Shown: one piece after another, positions 1-8,105 of the stretch
Numbering within the stretch: the stretch's first letter is position 1
How the letters are laid out: every line of letters begins with the position of its first letter
Origin: Thalassolituus hydrocarboniclasticus
Lineage (GTDB): Bacteria > Pseudomonadota > Gammaproteobacteria > Pseudomonadales > Oceanobacteraceae
DNA: 32,000 nt
Direction: 5' to 3'
NCBI RefSeq assembly: GCF_025345565.1
Contig: NZ_CP054475.1
Coordinates: 3,233,129-3,265,128, forward strand
Notes under the pieces: generated by a model
What the model saw: only the letters and a program-made list of their open reading frames with translations
Databases searched by the model: none
Told to the model about the DNA's origin: nothing
Translations under genes and position numbers: made by a program

Positions 1-76
1 CACTACTGATATTACAGCCGGCGAGGCCTGCGGTCGTGGCTGCGATGGCCAGACTGAGAAGGGTCTTCTTCACCAT
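1..76 (-). CDS. N-terminal fragment of a lipoprotein (runs off left edge)
   Basis: Minus strand from 76 reads MVKKTLLSLAIAATTAGLAGCNISS..., a Sec signal with lipobox LAGC. AGG-type RBS just upstream. Not in the ORF track because it is truncated. Confidence 0.6.
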   Translation of the reverse strand, partial: MVKKTLLSLAIAATTAGLAGCNISS

Positions 77-465
77 ATTGCTACCTGTCTGTTTTTTTAT
101 GGTTATTGGTGCACTTTCAGGGTTTGAGTGTATCCATACCCCCAAAGAGATGCCCATGACTATAATCTGGCCGCCTTGCACCCTCATCACTCAAAAGTAT
201 GATTCCTTACTAATCCCTTCCTCATTTTGTATCAGTACGTAACACCACCTTGGTCGCATACGCACAACTGCCGCAACTCTGTCGTGATCAACACCCCGGC
301 ATCCTGCACAAGATCCATGCATAACCGCTGATCAGGCAAACAGCACAGAAATCATGCCAGGCAAATAGTGACCAGCACTTATCCAGAGGCGTCTTAATTG
401 TTAAAAAGCGCCCCGTTCCACTAGAATGGCGGCCGATTTCAAGATATCTGACTCAGGAGCAGCAC

Positions 466-1653
466 ATGTCAAATCAAGATTCCGTGGTTATCGTAGCCGG
501 CGCCCGCACCCCAATGGGCGGTTTTCAGGGCAGTCTGGCCAGTGTCAGCGCAACCGATCTGGGCGCCCTGGCGATTGCTGAAGCAGTTAAACGCGCTGGC
601 ATTGATGCCGCCGACGTGCAGGAAGTTATCATGGGTAACGTGCTGCCAGCAGGTCTGAAGCAGGGTCCGGCCCGTCAGGCAATGCGTAAGGCTGGTCTGG
701 CTGATGCCACTGGCGCGACCACCATCAACAAACTCTGTGGTTCTGGTATGAAAGCCACCATGATGGCGCACGATGCCATCAAGGCTGGTTCCGTTGAGAT
801 CGCCGTTGCCGGTGGTATGGAATCCATGTCGAACGCGCCTTACGTACTGGAAGGCGTGCGTACCGGCTTCCGTATGGGTGCAGGCAACGCACCGCAGGAT
901 CACATGTTCCTGGACGGCCTGCAGGATGCTGAAACCGGCAAACTGATGGGCGCTTTCGCACAGGAAATGGCTTCCAAAAAAGGCTATACCCGCGAGCAGA
1001 TGGATGCTTACGCCATTATGTCTCTGACCCGCGCCAAAGACGCGATTGAAAAAGGCCTGAACAGCGCCGAAATCGTGCCGGTTACTGTTACCAGCCGTAA
1101 AGGTGAAACCGTTGTTGAGCAGGATGAACAGCCATTCAATGCCAACATCGAGAAAATCCCGACTCTGCGTCCGGCCTTCGCCAAAGACGGTACCATCACC
1201 GCCGCTAATGCTTCTTCTATTTCAGACGGTGCCTCTGCTCTGGTGCTGATGAGCGAATCTGCAGCCGCAGCCAAAGGCGTAACGCCGCTGGCACGCATCG
1301 TTGCCCACAGCACCCAGTCTCAGCATCCGTCTGAGTTCACCGTTGCACCAGTTGGCGCAATTGAGAAAGTACTGGCCAAAGCCGGCTGGAGCAAAGACGA
1401 CGTGGATCTGTTTGAGATCAACGAAGCCTTCGCCATGGTTGCCATGATGCCTATCGATGAACTGAAGCTGGATATCAATAAAGTGAACATCTACGGCGGC
1501 GCCTGTGCTCAGGGCCACCCGGTTGGCTCTACCGGTTCACGTCTGATCGTTACTCTGATGAACGCACTGAAAAACACCGGTGGTAAGAAAGGTGTTGCCG
1601 CACTGTGTATCGGTGGCGGTGAAGCGACAGCGGTTGCTATCGAACTGGTGTAA
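466..1653 (+). CDS. atoB: Acetyl-CoA C-acetyltransferase (thiolase)
   Basis: 395 aa with thiolase signatures: VVIVAGARTPMGGFQGSL, NKLCGSGMKATMMAHDAIKAG, GGMESMSNAPY, NEAFAMV, GGACAQGHPVGSTGSR, ALCIGGGEATA. The atoB versus phaA assignment is ambiguous. Confidence 0.93.
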   Translation: MSNQDSVVIVAGARTPMGGFQGSLASVSATDLGALAIAEAVKRAGIDAADVQEVIMGNVLPAGLKQGPARQAMRKAGLADATGATTINKLCGSGMKATMMAHDAIKAGSVEIAVAGGMESMSNAPYVLEGVRTGFRMGAGNAPQDHMFLDGLQDAETGKLMGAFAQEMASKKGYTREQMDAYAIMSLTRAKDAIEKGLNSAEIVPVTVTSRKGETVVEQDEQPFNANIEKIPTLRPAFAKDGTITAANASSISDGASALVLMSESAAAAKGVTPLARIVAHSTQSQHPSEFTVAPVGAIEKVLAKAGWSKDDVDLFEINEAFAMVAMMPIDELKLDINKVNIYGGACAQGHPVGSTGSRLIVTLMNALKNTGGKKGVAALCIGGGEATAVAIELV

Positions 1654-1687
1654 TCACCATAGCGTTATGGCTTGCGCCTGACGCAAT

Positions 1688-1725
1688 AAAAAAGGGAGAT
1701 ACCGCGAGGTATCTCCCTTTTTTTT
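1688..1725 (+). terminator. Rho-independent terminator after the thiolase
   Basis: AAAGGGAGATACC (1691-1703), loop GCGA, GGTATCTCCCTTT (1708-1720), followed by a T-run. Confidence 0.9.
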
Positions 1726-1750
1726 GAGCCGAACGTCGAGAGGATGTCGA

Positions 1751-1827
1751 TGTCGGATGTCGGATGTCGGATGTCGGATGTCGGATGTCGGATGTCGGAT
1801 GTCGGATGTCGGATGTCGGATGTCGGA
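1751..1827 (+). repeat. Perfect 7-bp tandem repeat (TGTCGGA)x11
   Basis: 77 bp of uninterrupted TGTCGGA units, preceded by a degenerate TGTCGA at 1745-1750. Confidence 0.97.
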
Positions 1828-1869
1828 AGACTGAAGCGTTGGCAAGGCAGCCAGCACAAGGCGAAAATC

Positions 1870-2037
1870 TTTGAGAAAGCGGAGTTTACTGAAGTAATTG
1901 AGCATTTCGAACAGGCTTCCATTGCTCTTAACGGAGTATCAATAACTGAGCGTTATCGAGGCCGGCAGAGCGCGGCAAAAACAGGCCAAAGAAACGGAGC
2001 TTACAAATGCTAAGTGAGTATTCTTTGGCCTGTTTTT
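1870..2037. repeat. Array of three related imperfect hairpin units, the last forming a strong terminator
   Basis: Units share CGGAG-(T/C)TTAC...GTAA(T)TGAG(C/T)ATT at about 1878-1908, 1931-1957 and 1994-2022. Confidence 0.65.
1977..2037. terminator. 17-bp perfect stem bidirectional terminator between thiolase and purU
   Basis: AAAAACAGGCCAAAGAA (1977-1993) pairs with TTCTTTGGCCTGTTTTT (2021-2037). It has a 27-nt loop and lies just downstream of the purU stop. Confidence 0.8.
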
Positions 2038-2063
2038 AACAAAGCTATGCCAACGCAGATAGC

Positions 2064-2915
2064 TCAGAAGACGATGGTCTTGTTACCATGCAGCAACACC
2101 CGGTCTTCCAGATGGCTGCGCACACCGCGCGCCAGCACCATCTTCTCTACATCCTTACCCAGACGCACCATATCTTCCACGGTATCGTTATGGCTGATGC
2201 GGATCACGTCCTGATCAATAATCGGGCCGGCATCCAGCTCTGAGGTTACATAGTGACAGGTCGCACCAATCAGCTTCACGCCCCGCTCTGCTGCCTGATG
2301 GTAAGGCTTGGCACCAACGAAAGATGGCAGGAAGCTGTGGTGAATATTGATTACCTGGCCGTGGTAACGCTCACAGAGTTCCGGCGGAATAATCTGCATA
2401 TAGCGCGCAAGCACAATGGTATCGGCCTTATGCTCTTCGACGATGGCGTTAACCCGGGCAAAGTGCTCAGCCTTGTTTGCCGGATCAACCGGCACATGGA
2501 AGAACGGGATACCGTGCCACTCAACCAGCGAACGCAGAGTATCGTGGTTGGAAATAACGCAGGGGATATCGCAGATCAGCTCTTTGCTGTGCCAGCGGTG
2601 CAGCAGATCCACCAGACAGTGGCTTTCTTTACTCGCCATCAGGATCACTTTCTTCGGCGCACCGGAGTCGTTTACCTGCCAGTCCATATCGAACTCTTCG
2701 GCAATCGGTGCAAACTCTGCTTTCAGTGTTGCCAGATCAAAGGGCAGCGAATCGGCACGGATACAGTGACGCATAAAAAAGCGCCCGGTAACCGGGTCAG
2801 AATAATGGTTTGCCTCAACAATCCAGCCACCGTGTCCGGAAAAGAACTGGCCTACTTTAGCCACAATGCCCACCCGGTCCGGGCAGGAAATCGTTAATCG
2901 GTATACTCGTTCCAT
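2064..2915 (-). CDS. purU: Formyltetrahydrofolate deformylase
   Basis: 283 aa. N-terminal ACT domain (LTISCPDRVGIVAKVGQFF) and formyltransferase-like domain (ISNHDTLRSLVEWHGIPFFHVPV, VLARYMQIIPPELCERYHGQVINIHHSFLPSFVGAKPYHQA). Confidence 0.95.
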   Translation of the reverse strand: MERVYRLTISCPDRVGIVAKVGQFFSGHGGWIVEANHYSDPVTGRFFMRHCIRADSLPFDLATLKAEFAPIAEEFDMDWQVNDSGAPKKVILMASKESHCLVDLLHRWHSKELICDIPCVISNHDTLRSLVEWHGIPFFHVPVDPANKAEHFARVNAIVEEHKADTIVLARYMQIIPPELCERYHGQVINIHHSFLPSFVGAKPYHQAAERGVKLIGATCHYVTSELDAGPIIDQDVIRISHNDTVEDMVRLGKDVEKMVLARGVRSHLEDRVLLHGNKTIVF

Positions 2916-3035
2916 AGAAATCCACTACTGGCTCATACAGCTGCCACTCTGGCCCGAAAGGCTATTGCACCTGCGCGGGGGAAGTGATCAACTGAAGCCA
3001 ACTAAAAAACAATAATAAGTATCGGAGAGACGCCT

Positions 3036-3812
3036 ATGTTACTCCTTAGATCCCTGATTCTCACCCTGTTTGTCGGCTTTTCAGCACAGGCCAGCAGTAA
3101 TTCTCTGGAACAGAATGTTTTCGATCTCAGTGTCGGCGTCAAAACCCTGCTGCTGCGCTATTACCACCTGCAGGCTGATGAAGGTAATCAACAGCTGCTG
3201 AACGAGCTGAACCGTCACCTGCTGCTGGTTAACGAGCAGCAACTAAGCGTCAGTAATGAGCTGCAGAATATTCAGCTGAACAACGGCAGTAACCCCCAGC
3301 AAAATATCGACAGCCACTGGCAGAAATTCCGGACCCTGATGCAGCAGAATATTCATGAAATTGAAGTGAATGACTTCCCGGAGCTGCAGGTCGTGGCCAT
3401 GATGCGTGATGCTTCCAATGCCATGATCAGTGAACTGGAAAAAATCGGCGATGCCCTGCGCCAGAGCGGCGAGTTCTCAGTATCTGCGATTGAAGGCTGG
3501 ACCCGCAGCCAGAAACGGCTGCTGCTGGGAATTACTGAACGTTATCTGGAGCGTGCAGCCTCTTCAATGGGTGCCCCACTCAGCAACAATCAGGATATCG
3601 ACCAGCTCTGCCAGCAATTTGCCCGTGGTCTTGACAGCATTGACAGTAAAACTCTTGGCACAAAGGGGCAGGCTGCGCTACGCCGCATCCGCAGCCAGTG
3701 GTTGTTTGTCGAAAAATCCGCCACCGACACCGAAGCCAAGCTGGTACCCTTTCTGGTCATGCGTTACACCCATAACATGCTCGATCAGCTGAGCAGCATT
3801 GCTGCCAGCTGA
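3036..3812 (+). CDS. Exported hypothetical protein
   Basis: 258 aa with signal peptide MLLLRSLILTLFVGFSAQASS, then helical sequence. RBS-like GGAGA upstream. Confidence 0.75.
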   Translation: MLLLRSLILTLFVGFSAQASSNSLEQNVFDLSVGVKTLLLRYYHLQADEGNQQLLNELNRHLLLVNEQQLSVSNELQNIQLNNGSNPQQNIDSHWQKFRTLMQQNIHEIEVNDFPELQVVAMMRDASNAMISELEKIGDALRQSGEFSVSAIEGWTRSQKRLLLGITERYLERAASSMGAPLSNNQDIDQLCQQFARGLDSIDSKTLGTKGQAALRRIRSQWLFVEKSATDTEAKLVPFLVMRYTHNMLDQLSSIAAS

Positions 3813-3822
3813 TCAGATTGCA

Positions 3823-4494
3823 TTATTTTTCCAGAAGCTGGCGCGGATCGGTTGCCGGATCAGAGTTACTCTCTGCCGCTGAACGAATACTCTGACTCAG
3901 AATCCGGTCGGCGTCGACCGGCCCCAGACATTCACAAACACCAATATAAATAAAATTCAGCAGACGTTTTAAGTCAGTCAGGCCCACTGCGCTGAGATTC
4001 AGCGGATGCCGTTCATCCCCCCACAAATTAAAGGCATAAGCCAGATCCTGCGAAATGCTATGCCGCAGAGACTGTTCCATCGCATAACGCTTAACAACCC
4101 GCGCAGTATCCGAACGCAGTTGCCCGAACAAGGTTGTCAGTACGACATCGTAGACTTGCGTCCAGTCCTGCTGCTGAAACAATTCCATTCTATCCAGACT
4201 GTTACTCTGCGCCTGATCTGACTGAAATTTCAGCATGTCTTCCATAGGATCAGGCTGTAGCTGGGCACTACCATCCATCAGAACCCCGATCAGCTGCCGG
4301 TATAAGTTTGCCCGGTTTTCAGCCACCTCAGGTATATCGCGGCAGTCGGATAAAAATCCGTTTAATTCAAACTGAGACTTTTGGGCATAATTATTTTGCC
4401 AGCGCCACATTGCCCGCCATAAACCATCGCCTTCCAGAGTGGCATTAAGCACAGTAAATACAGCCCGTCTTTTCTGTTCAATCGTCATAGTCAT
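3823..4494 (-). CDS. Hypothetical cytoplasmic protein, probably co-transcribed with amt
   Basis: 223 aa. It starts 10 bp after the amt stop on the same strand. No family recognised. Confidence 0.7.
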   Translation of the reverse strand: MTMTIEQKRRAVFTVLNATLEGDGLWRAMWRWQNNYAQKSQFELNGFLSDCRDIPEVAENRANLYRQLIGVLMDGSAQLQPDPMEDMLKFQSDQAQSNSLDRMELFQQQDWTQVYDVVLTTLFGQLRSDTARVVKRYAMEQSLRHSISQDLAYAFNLWGDERHPLNLSAVGLTDLKRLLNFIYIGVCECLGPVDADRILSQSIRSAAESNSDPATDPRQLLEK

Positions 4495-4504
4495 GCGCAG
4501 CTAC

Positions 4505-5806
4505 TCATAATTCACGATGATAAGTAACGTTCTGATGAAACTCCGGATAACCCACTTCATCATGCTCGGTAAAATCAAGCCCCTGTTGTTCATGCTGAGT
4601 ACTGGCGCGCAACCCGATCACACGATCAATCAGGAAAAACAGAATAAGCGATAGTGGAAACGCCCAGAAAAAGGCCGAGAAAATACCAACCAGCTGAACG
4701 GCAATCTGCGATAAATCAAACATATTATCTTTCAGGAAAAGTCCGGCAGCCAGGGTTCCCCAGGCACCGGCAAAACCATGAACCGGTATGGCCCCGACCA
4801 CATCATCCAGTCCCCGCCGTTCAAGCCAGCCAGCACCATAGACAGAGATTGCTCCGGCAATAAGACCAGTAAGTGCAGCAAACTCAGGTGTCATTGATGC
4901 ACAGCCTGCCGTAATACCAACCAGGCCGGCAATGCTGCCATTAATTGTTGAAGTTAACAGCACCGGACGTCTGGTTATACGACTGAACAGCAAGGCTCCC
5001 GTTGCACCAGCCGCTGCAGCTAACTGAGTATTAAGTACAATCAGGCCGATTTCCGGACTGGCTGCCAGCGTACTGCCACCATTAAAGCCGAACCAACCCA
5101 GCCACAGAATAAAACCACCCAAAGCAACCAGCGAAAGATTATGGCCCGGAATACTCCGCGCAGCACCGGTGGTGCGATCAAAACGTCCGGTACGTGCTCC
5201 CAGCACGATAATGCCTGCCAATGCGCACCAGGCCCCCACGGAATGAACAACGGTCGATCCGGCAAAATCAATAAAACCCAGCTCAGCCAGCCAGCCTGAA
5301 CCACCGTACATGCCACCCCATACCCAGCTGCCAAATACCGGATAAATAAATGCAGTAATTACACAGGTTGCGATCAGATAGGCATCGTATTTTGTCCGCT
5401 CTGCCATAGCCCCGCTACAGATAGTAACTGCAGTTGCGGCAAACATAATCTGGAATAACAGCACGGTATAATCCCAGGATTGGCTTTCTGATGATGTATT
5501 AAAAAGTGCAAAATGACTGGCACCAAAAAAACCGGTAAAGTTCTCGCCAAACATCAACCCATAGCCAACCAGCCAGAAAATAAGACTTCCAAGGCAAACA
5601 TCCATGTAGTTTTTCATCATCACATTGACGGCATTTTTAGCCCGTGACATTCCACTTTCAAGCAGCGCAAAACCTGCCTGCATAAAAAAAACCAGAGCTG
5701 CCGCCATTACGACCCACAGGGTATCAATACTGCCTTGCGCTGCGGTCTCTCCTGCCAAAGCAGGAATACTGAGACTGCTTAAAACGACCCACATCATCCA
5801 CTTCAT
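4505..5806 (-). CDS. amt: Ammonium transporter (Amt family)
   Basis: 433 aa with signal peptide and Amt signatures: AALVFFMQAGFALLESG, GSTVVHSVGAWCALAGIIVLGARTGRF, WLGWFGFNGGST, DVVGAIPVHGFAGAWGTLAAGLF. Confidence 0.95.
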   Translation of the reverse strand: MKWMMWVVLSSLSIPALAGETAAQGSIDTLWVVMAAALVFFMQAGFALLESGMSRAKNAVNVMMKNYMDVCLGSLIFWLVGYGLMFGENFTGFFGASHFALFNTSSESQSWDYTVLLFQIMFAATAVTICSGAMAERTKYDAYLIATCVITAFIYPVFGSWVWGGMYGGSGWLAELGFIDFAGSTVVHSVGAWCALAGIIVLGARTGRFDRTTGAARSIPGHNLSLVALGGFILWLGWFGFNGGSTLAASPEIGLIVLNTQLAAAAGATGALLFSRITRRPVLLTSTINGSIAGLVGITAGCASMTPEFAALTGLIAGAISVYGAGWLERRGLDDVVGAIPVHGFAGAWGTLAAGLFLKDNMFDLSQIAVQLVGIFSAFFWAFPLSLILFFLIDRVIGLRASTQHEQQGLDFTEHDEVGYPEFHQNVTYHREL

Positions 5807-5879
5807 AACATTACCGCCTGCTGCTCAGGTTCAGCGTATCCGCAATCAGCGTTACGCGTTATTTCCACATACACTGATC

Positions 5880-5895
5880 AGCAAAGCCTGTGCCA
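5880..5895 (-). promoter_or_regulatory. Candidate sigma-54 (-24/-12) promoter for amt
   Basis: Minus strand TGGCACAGGCTTTGCT matches TGGCACR-N4-TTGCW, with 10 nt between the GG and GC elements. It lies about 75 bp upstream of the amt start. Confidence 0.8.
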
Positions 5896-5955
5896 ATCAC
5901 TGTGCGGTAAAAGGTGCAGAAAACAGGGCGGCAGCCTGCTTAAGCCTTCTGGCCG

Positions 5956-5970
5956 GCACCATGAAAGTGC
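5956..5970. promoter_or_regulatory. Possible NtrC half-site pair upstream of the amt promoter
   Basis: GCACC-ATGAA-AGTGC, one mismatch from GCACC-N5-GGTGC. Confidence 0.45.
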
Positions 5971-6063
5971 AACAGAAAATGAATACGCACCAGCTGCAGG
6001 CTGACAGAACAACAGACGCACTGCTATATTGCAGATAGGTATCAGGGATCACGGTCAAAAGTA

Positions 6064-6678
6064 ATGTCATTAATCGTATTCGATATGGGCATCCGGGTTG
6101 AAACCCCTTTGCGGCCGGATAAAAACCGGATAAAAGCAACTGCCGCTTCATCGGCAGTGCAAAAGATTAAGCCGGGGGATGCTCAGTCTCCTGCCGAGCG
6201 CCAGGCTCAGCTGGTTCTGGAGCATTACGCTCATCCGCAAAAAACACCGGAATCCATCGCCTTTGCAGCCGACATTATGAATACACCGGTGGCAACCCTC
6301 ACGCCCGATAAGAATGTTCAGGATGCCTGGAACAAACTTGCAGACACTGGTTACCATCACCTGCCAGTCGTAGACAAAGACAATAAAGTGCAGGCCATTG
6401 TTTCTGACCGCGACCTGATGCTTGCCCTGATGCAACAGAATACTCACTCAACCAGTCTCGGCGACATCTGGGAAAATAATATTCTGGACTATGCCATTCA
6501 TCCGGTTATCTGTGTGATGAAAAACACGGATATCCGCCAGACAAGTAACATTCTTTTTGAATATAACATCGGCGCACTGCCCGTTATCGATGATAATCAA
6601 ATCCTTTGCGGCATTATTACCCGCACCGATATTCTGAAATTACTCCGCCATTACGGCCCAATGGAACTCTGGGCGTAG
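6064..6678 (+). CDS. CBS-domain protein
   Basis: 204 aa. Two CBS motifs: IMNTPVATLTPDKNVQDAWNKLADTGYHHLPVVDKDNKVQAIVSDRDLM and VICVMKNTDIRQTSNILFEYNIGALPVIDDNQILCGIITRTDILKLL. Confidence 0.85.
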   Translation: MSLIVFDMGIRVETPLRPDKNRIKATAASSAVQKIKPGDAQSPAERQAQLVLEHYAHPQKTPESIAFAADIMNTPVATLTPDKNVQDAWNKLADTGYHHLPVVDKDNKVQAIVSDRDLMLALMQQNTHSTSLGDIWENNILDYAIHPVICVMKNTDIRQTSNILFEYNIGALPVIDDNQILCGIITRTDILKLLRHYGPMELWA

Positions 6679-6704
6679 ATATCAGGCGGAGGTAAGGAGA
6701 CAGC

Positions 6705-8066
6705 ATGACAAAACACTATGAACTGATTCACCCTAAAACCCATCTGCGCGTTTTATCACGCTACGAAATACAGCAATTACGGGAAGTCGGAAGCGAAATT
6801 CATGAACTGGTACGGCGCTGCTGCTATGCCGTACTCAGCGCGGGCAGTCAGTCAGACAACTATCTGGAACTTAAAGAAGAATTCCGAAACTTTAACATCC
6901 AGGTCCAGCAGGAAGACCGCGGCATTGTTCTCAGCCTGAAAAACCCGCCACAGAGTGCCTTTGTTGATGGCGAAATTATCCGCGGCGTGCGCGAACAACT
7001 ATTCTCCGTTCTGCGCGATGTACTCTATGCGCAGGAATCGATTCTTAAAGCACACCGCTTTGATCTGAATAACGGTGAAGACATTACCAATGCCGTTTTC
7101 CACCTGCTGCGTAATGCCAATGTGCTTAAACCGGACCGACTACCGAATCTGGCCATCTGCTGGGGAGGACACTCCATCCCGCGCAATGAATATCAGTACA
7201 CAAAAGATGTAGGCTACCAGCTGGGATTGCGTGGTCTCGATGTCGGTACCGGTTGCGGTCCGGGCGCAATGAAGGGGCCAATGAAGGGTTGTGCGATCGG
7301 TCATGCCAAGCAGCACAACCGTGATGGTCGCTATATCGGCATTACTGAACCGGGCATTATTGCGACCGAAGCCCCGAACCCGATCGTCAATGAACTGGTA
7401 ATTCTGCCGGACATTGAAAAACGCCTTGAAGCCTTTATCCGTCTTGCCCATGGCATTGTAATATTTCCCGGCGGCCCCGGAACCGCAGAGGAAATCCTGT
7501 ACTTACTGGGGGTATTATCACATCCGGATAATCAGCAGATTCCGTTTCCGATTGTCATTACCGGCCCCAAAGAAACAGAAGATTATCTGCGTGCCATTGA
7601 CCGCTTTATTGGTACGGCACTTGGTGCTCAGGCGCAGCAGCGTTATCAGATTATTATTCAGGATGCAGAAGCGGTAGCGCGGGCAATGAAGGCGGGTATT
7701 GCAGAGGTTGAACAATATCGTCAATCCAGTAACGATGCTTATTTTTTCAACTGGGCTCTGACCATTGCTGAAGATTTTCAGCTGCCGTTTGATCCGACCC
7801 ATGAAGCCATGAGCAACCTGTGTCTGAGCAAATCACTGCCCGGCCATGAACTGGCTGCTAATCTGCGCCGGGCATTTTCCGGTATTGTCGCCGGTAACGT
7901 GAAAGAAGTGGGCATAACCCGTGTACAGGAGCATGGGCCGTATCAGATACAGGGAGATAAAAGCATTTTGGAAGGGATGGATGTGCTGTTAACCGCGATG
8001 GTAAAACATGGACGGATGAAAATCAGCGGCGAATATACCCCGTGCTACGAAATCGTGGCCCGCTGA
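6705..8066 (+). CDS. ppnN: Pyrimidine/purine nucleotide 5'-monophosphate nucleosidase (LOG family)
   Basis: 453 aa with LOG motifs ICWGGHSIPRNEYQYTKDVGYQLGLRGLDVGTGCGPGAMKGPMKG and GIVIFPGGPGTAEEILYLLG. Length and C-terminal region fit PpnN/YgdH. Confidence 0.92.
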   Translation: MTKHYELIHPKTHLRVLSRYEIQQLREVGSEIHELVRRCCYAVLSAGSQSDNYLELKEEFRNFNIQVQQEDRGIVLSLKNPPQSAFVDGEIIRGVREQLFSVLRDVLYAQESILKAHRFDLNNGEDITNAVFHLLRNANVLKPDRLPNLAICWGGHSIPRNEYQYTKDVGYQLGLRGLDVGTGCGPGAMKGPMKGCAIGHAKQHNRDGRYIGITEPGIIATEAPNPIVNELVILPDIEKRLEAFIRLAHGIVIFPGGPGTAEEILYLLGVLSHPDNQQIPFPIVITGPKETEDYLRAIDRFIGTALGAQAQQRYQIIIQDAEAVARAMKAGIAEVEQYRQSSNDAYFFNWALTIAEDFQLPFDPTHEAMSNLCLSKSLPGHELAANLRRAFSGIVAGNVKEVGITRVQEHGPYQIQGDKSILEGMDVLLTAMVKHGRMKISGEYTPCYEIVAR

Positions 8067-8070
8067 AAGA

Positions 8071-8101
8071 AAAAAGCGGCTGATGATCAGCCGCTTCTTT
8101 T
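8071..8101. terminator. Shared terminator between convergent ppnN and the CxxCH lipoprotein gene
   Basis: AAGCGGCTGA (8074-8083), loop TGA, TCAGCCGCTT (8087-8096), flanked by A- and T-rich tracts. Confidence 0.8.
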
Positions 8102-8105
8102 ATTA

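Noticed and set aside
36-242. 68-aa plus-strand ORF near the left edge
   Set aside because: It overlaps the start of a better-supported minus-strand lipoprotein and has no recognisable features.
1654-2013. ORFs encoding repetitive DIRHPTS or SDVGCRM peptides
   Set aside because: They are translations of the 7-bp tandem repeat; there is no RBS, and the repeat lies in a terminator-rich intergenic region.
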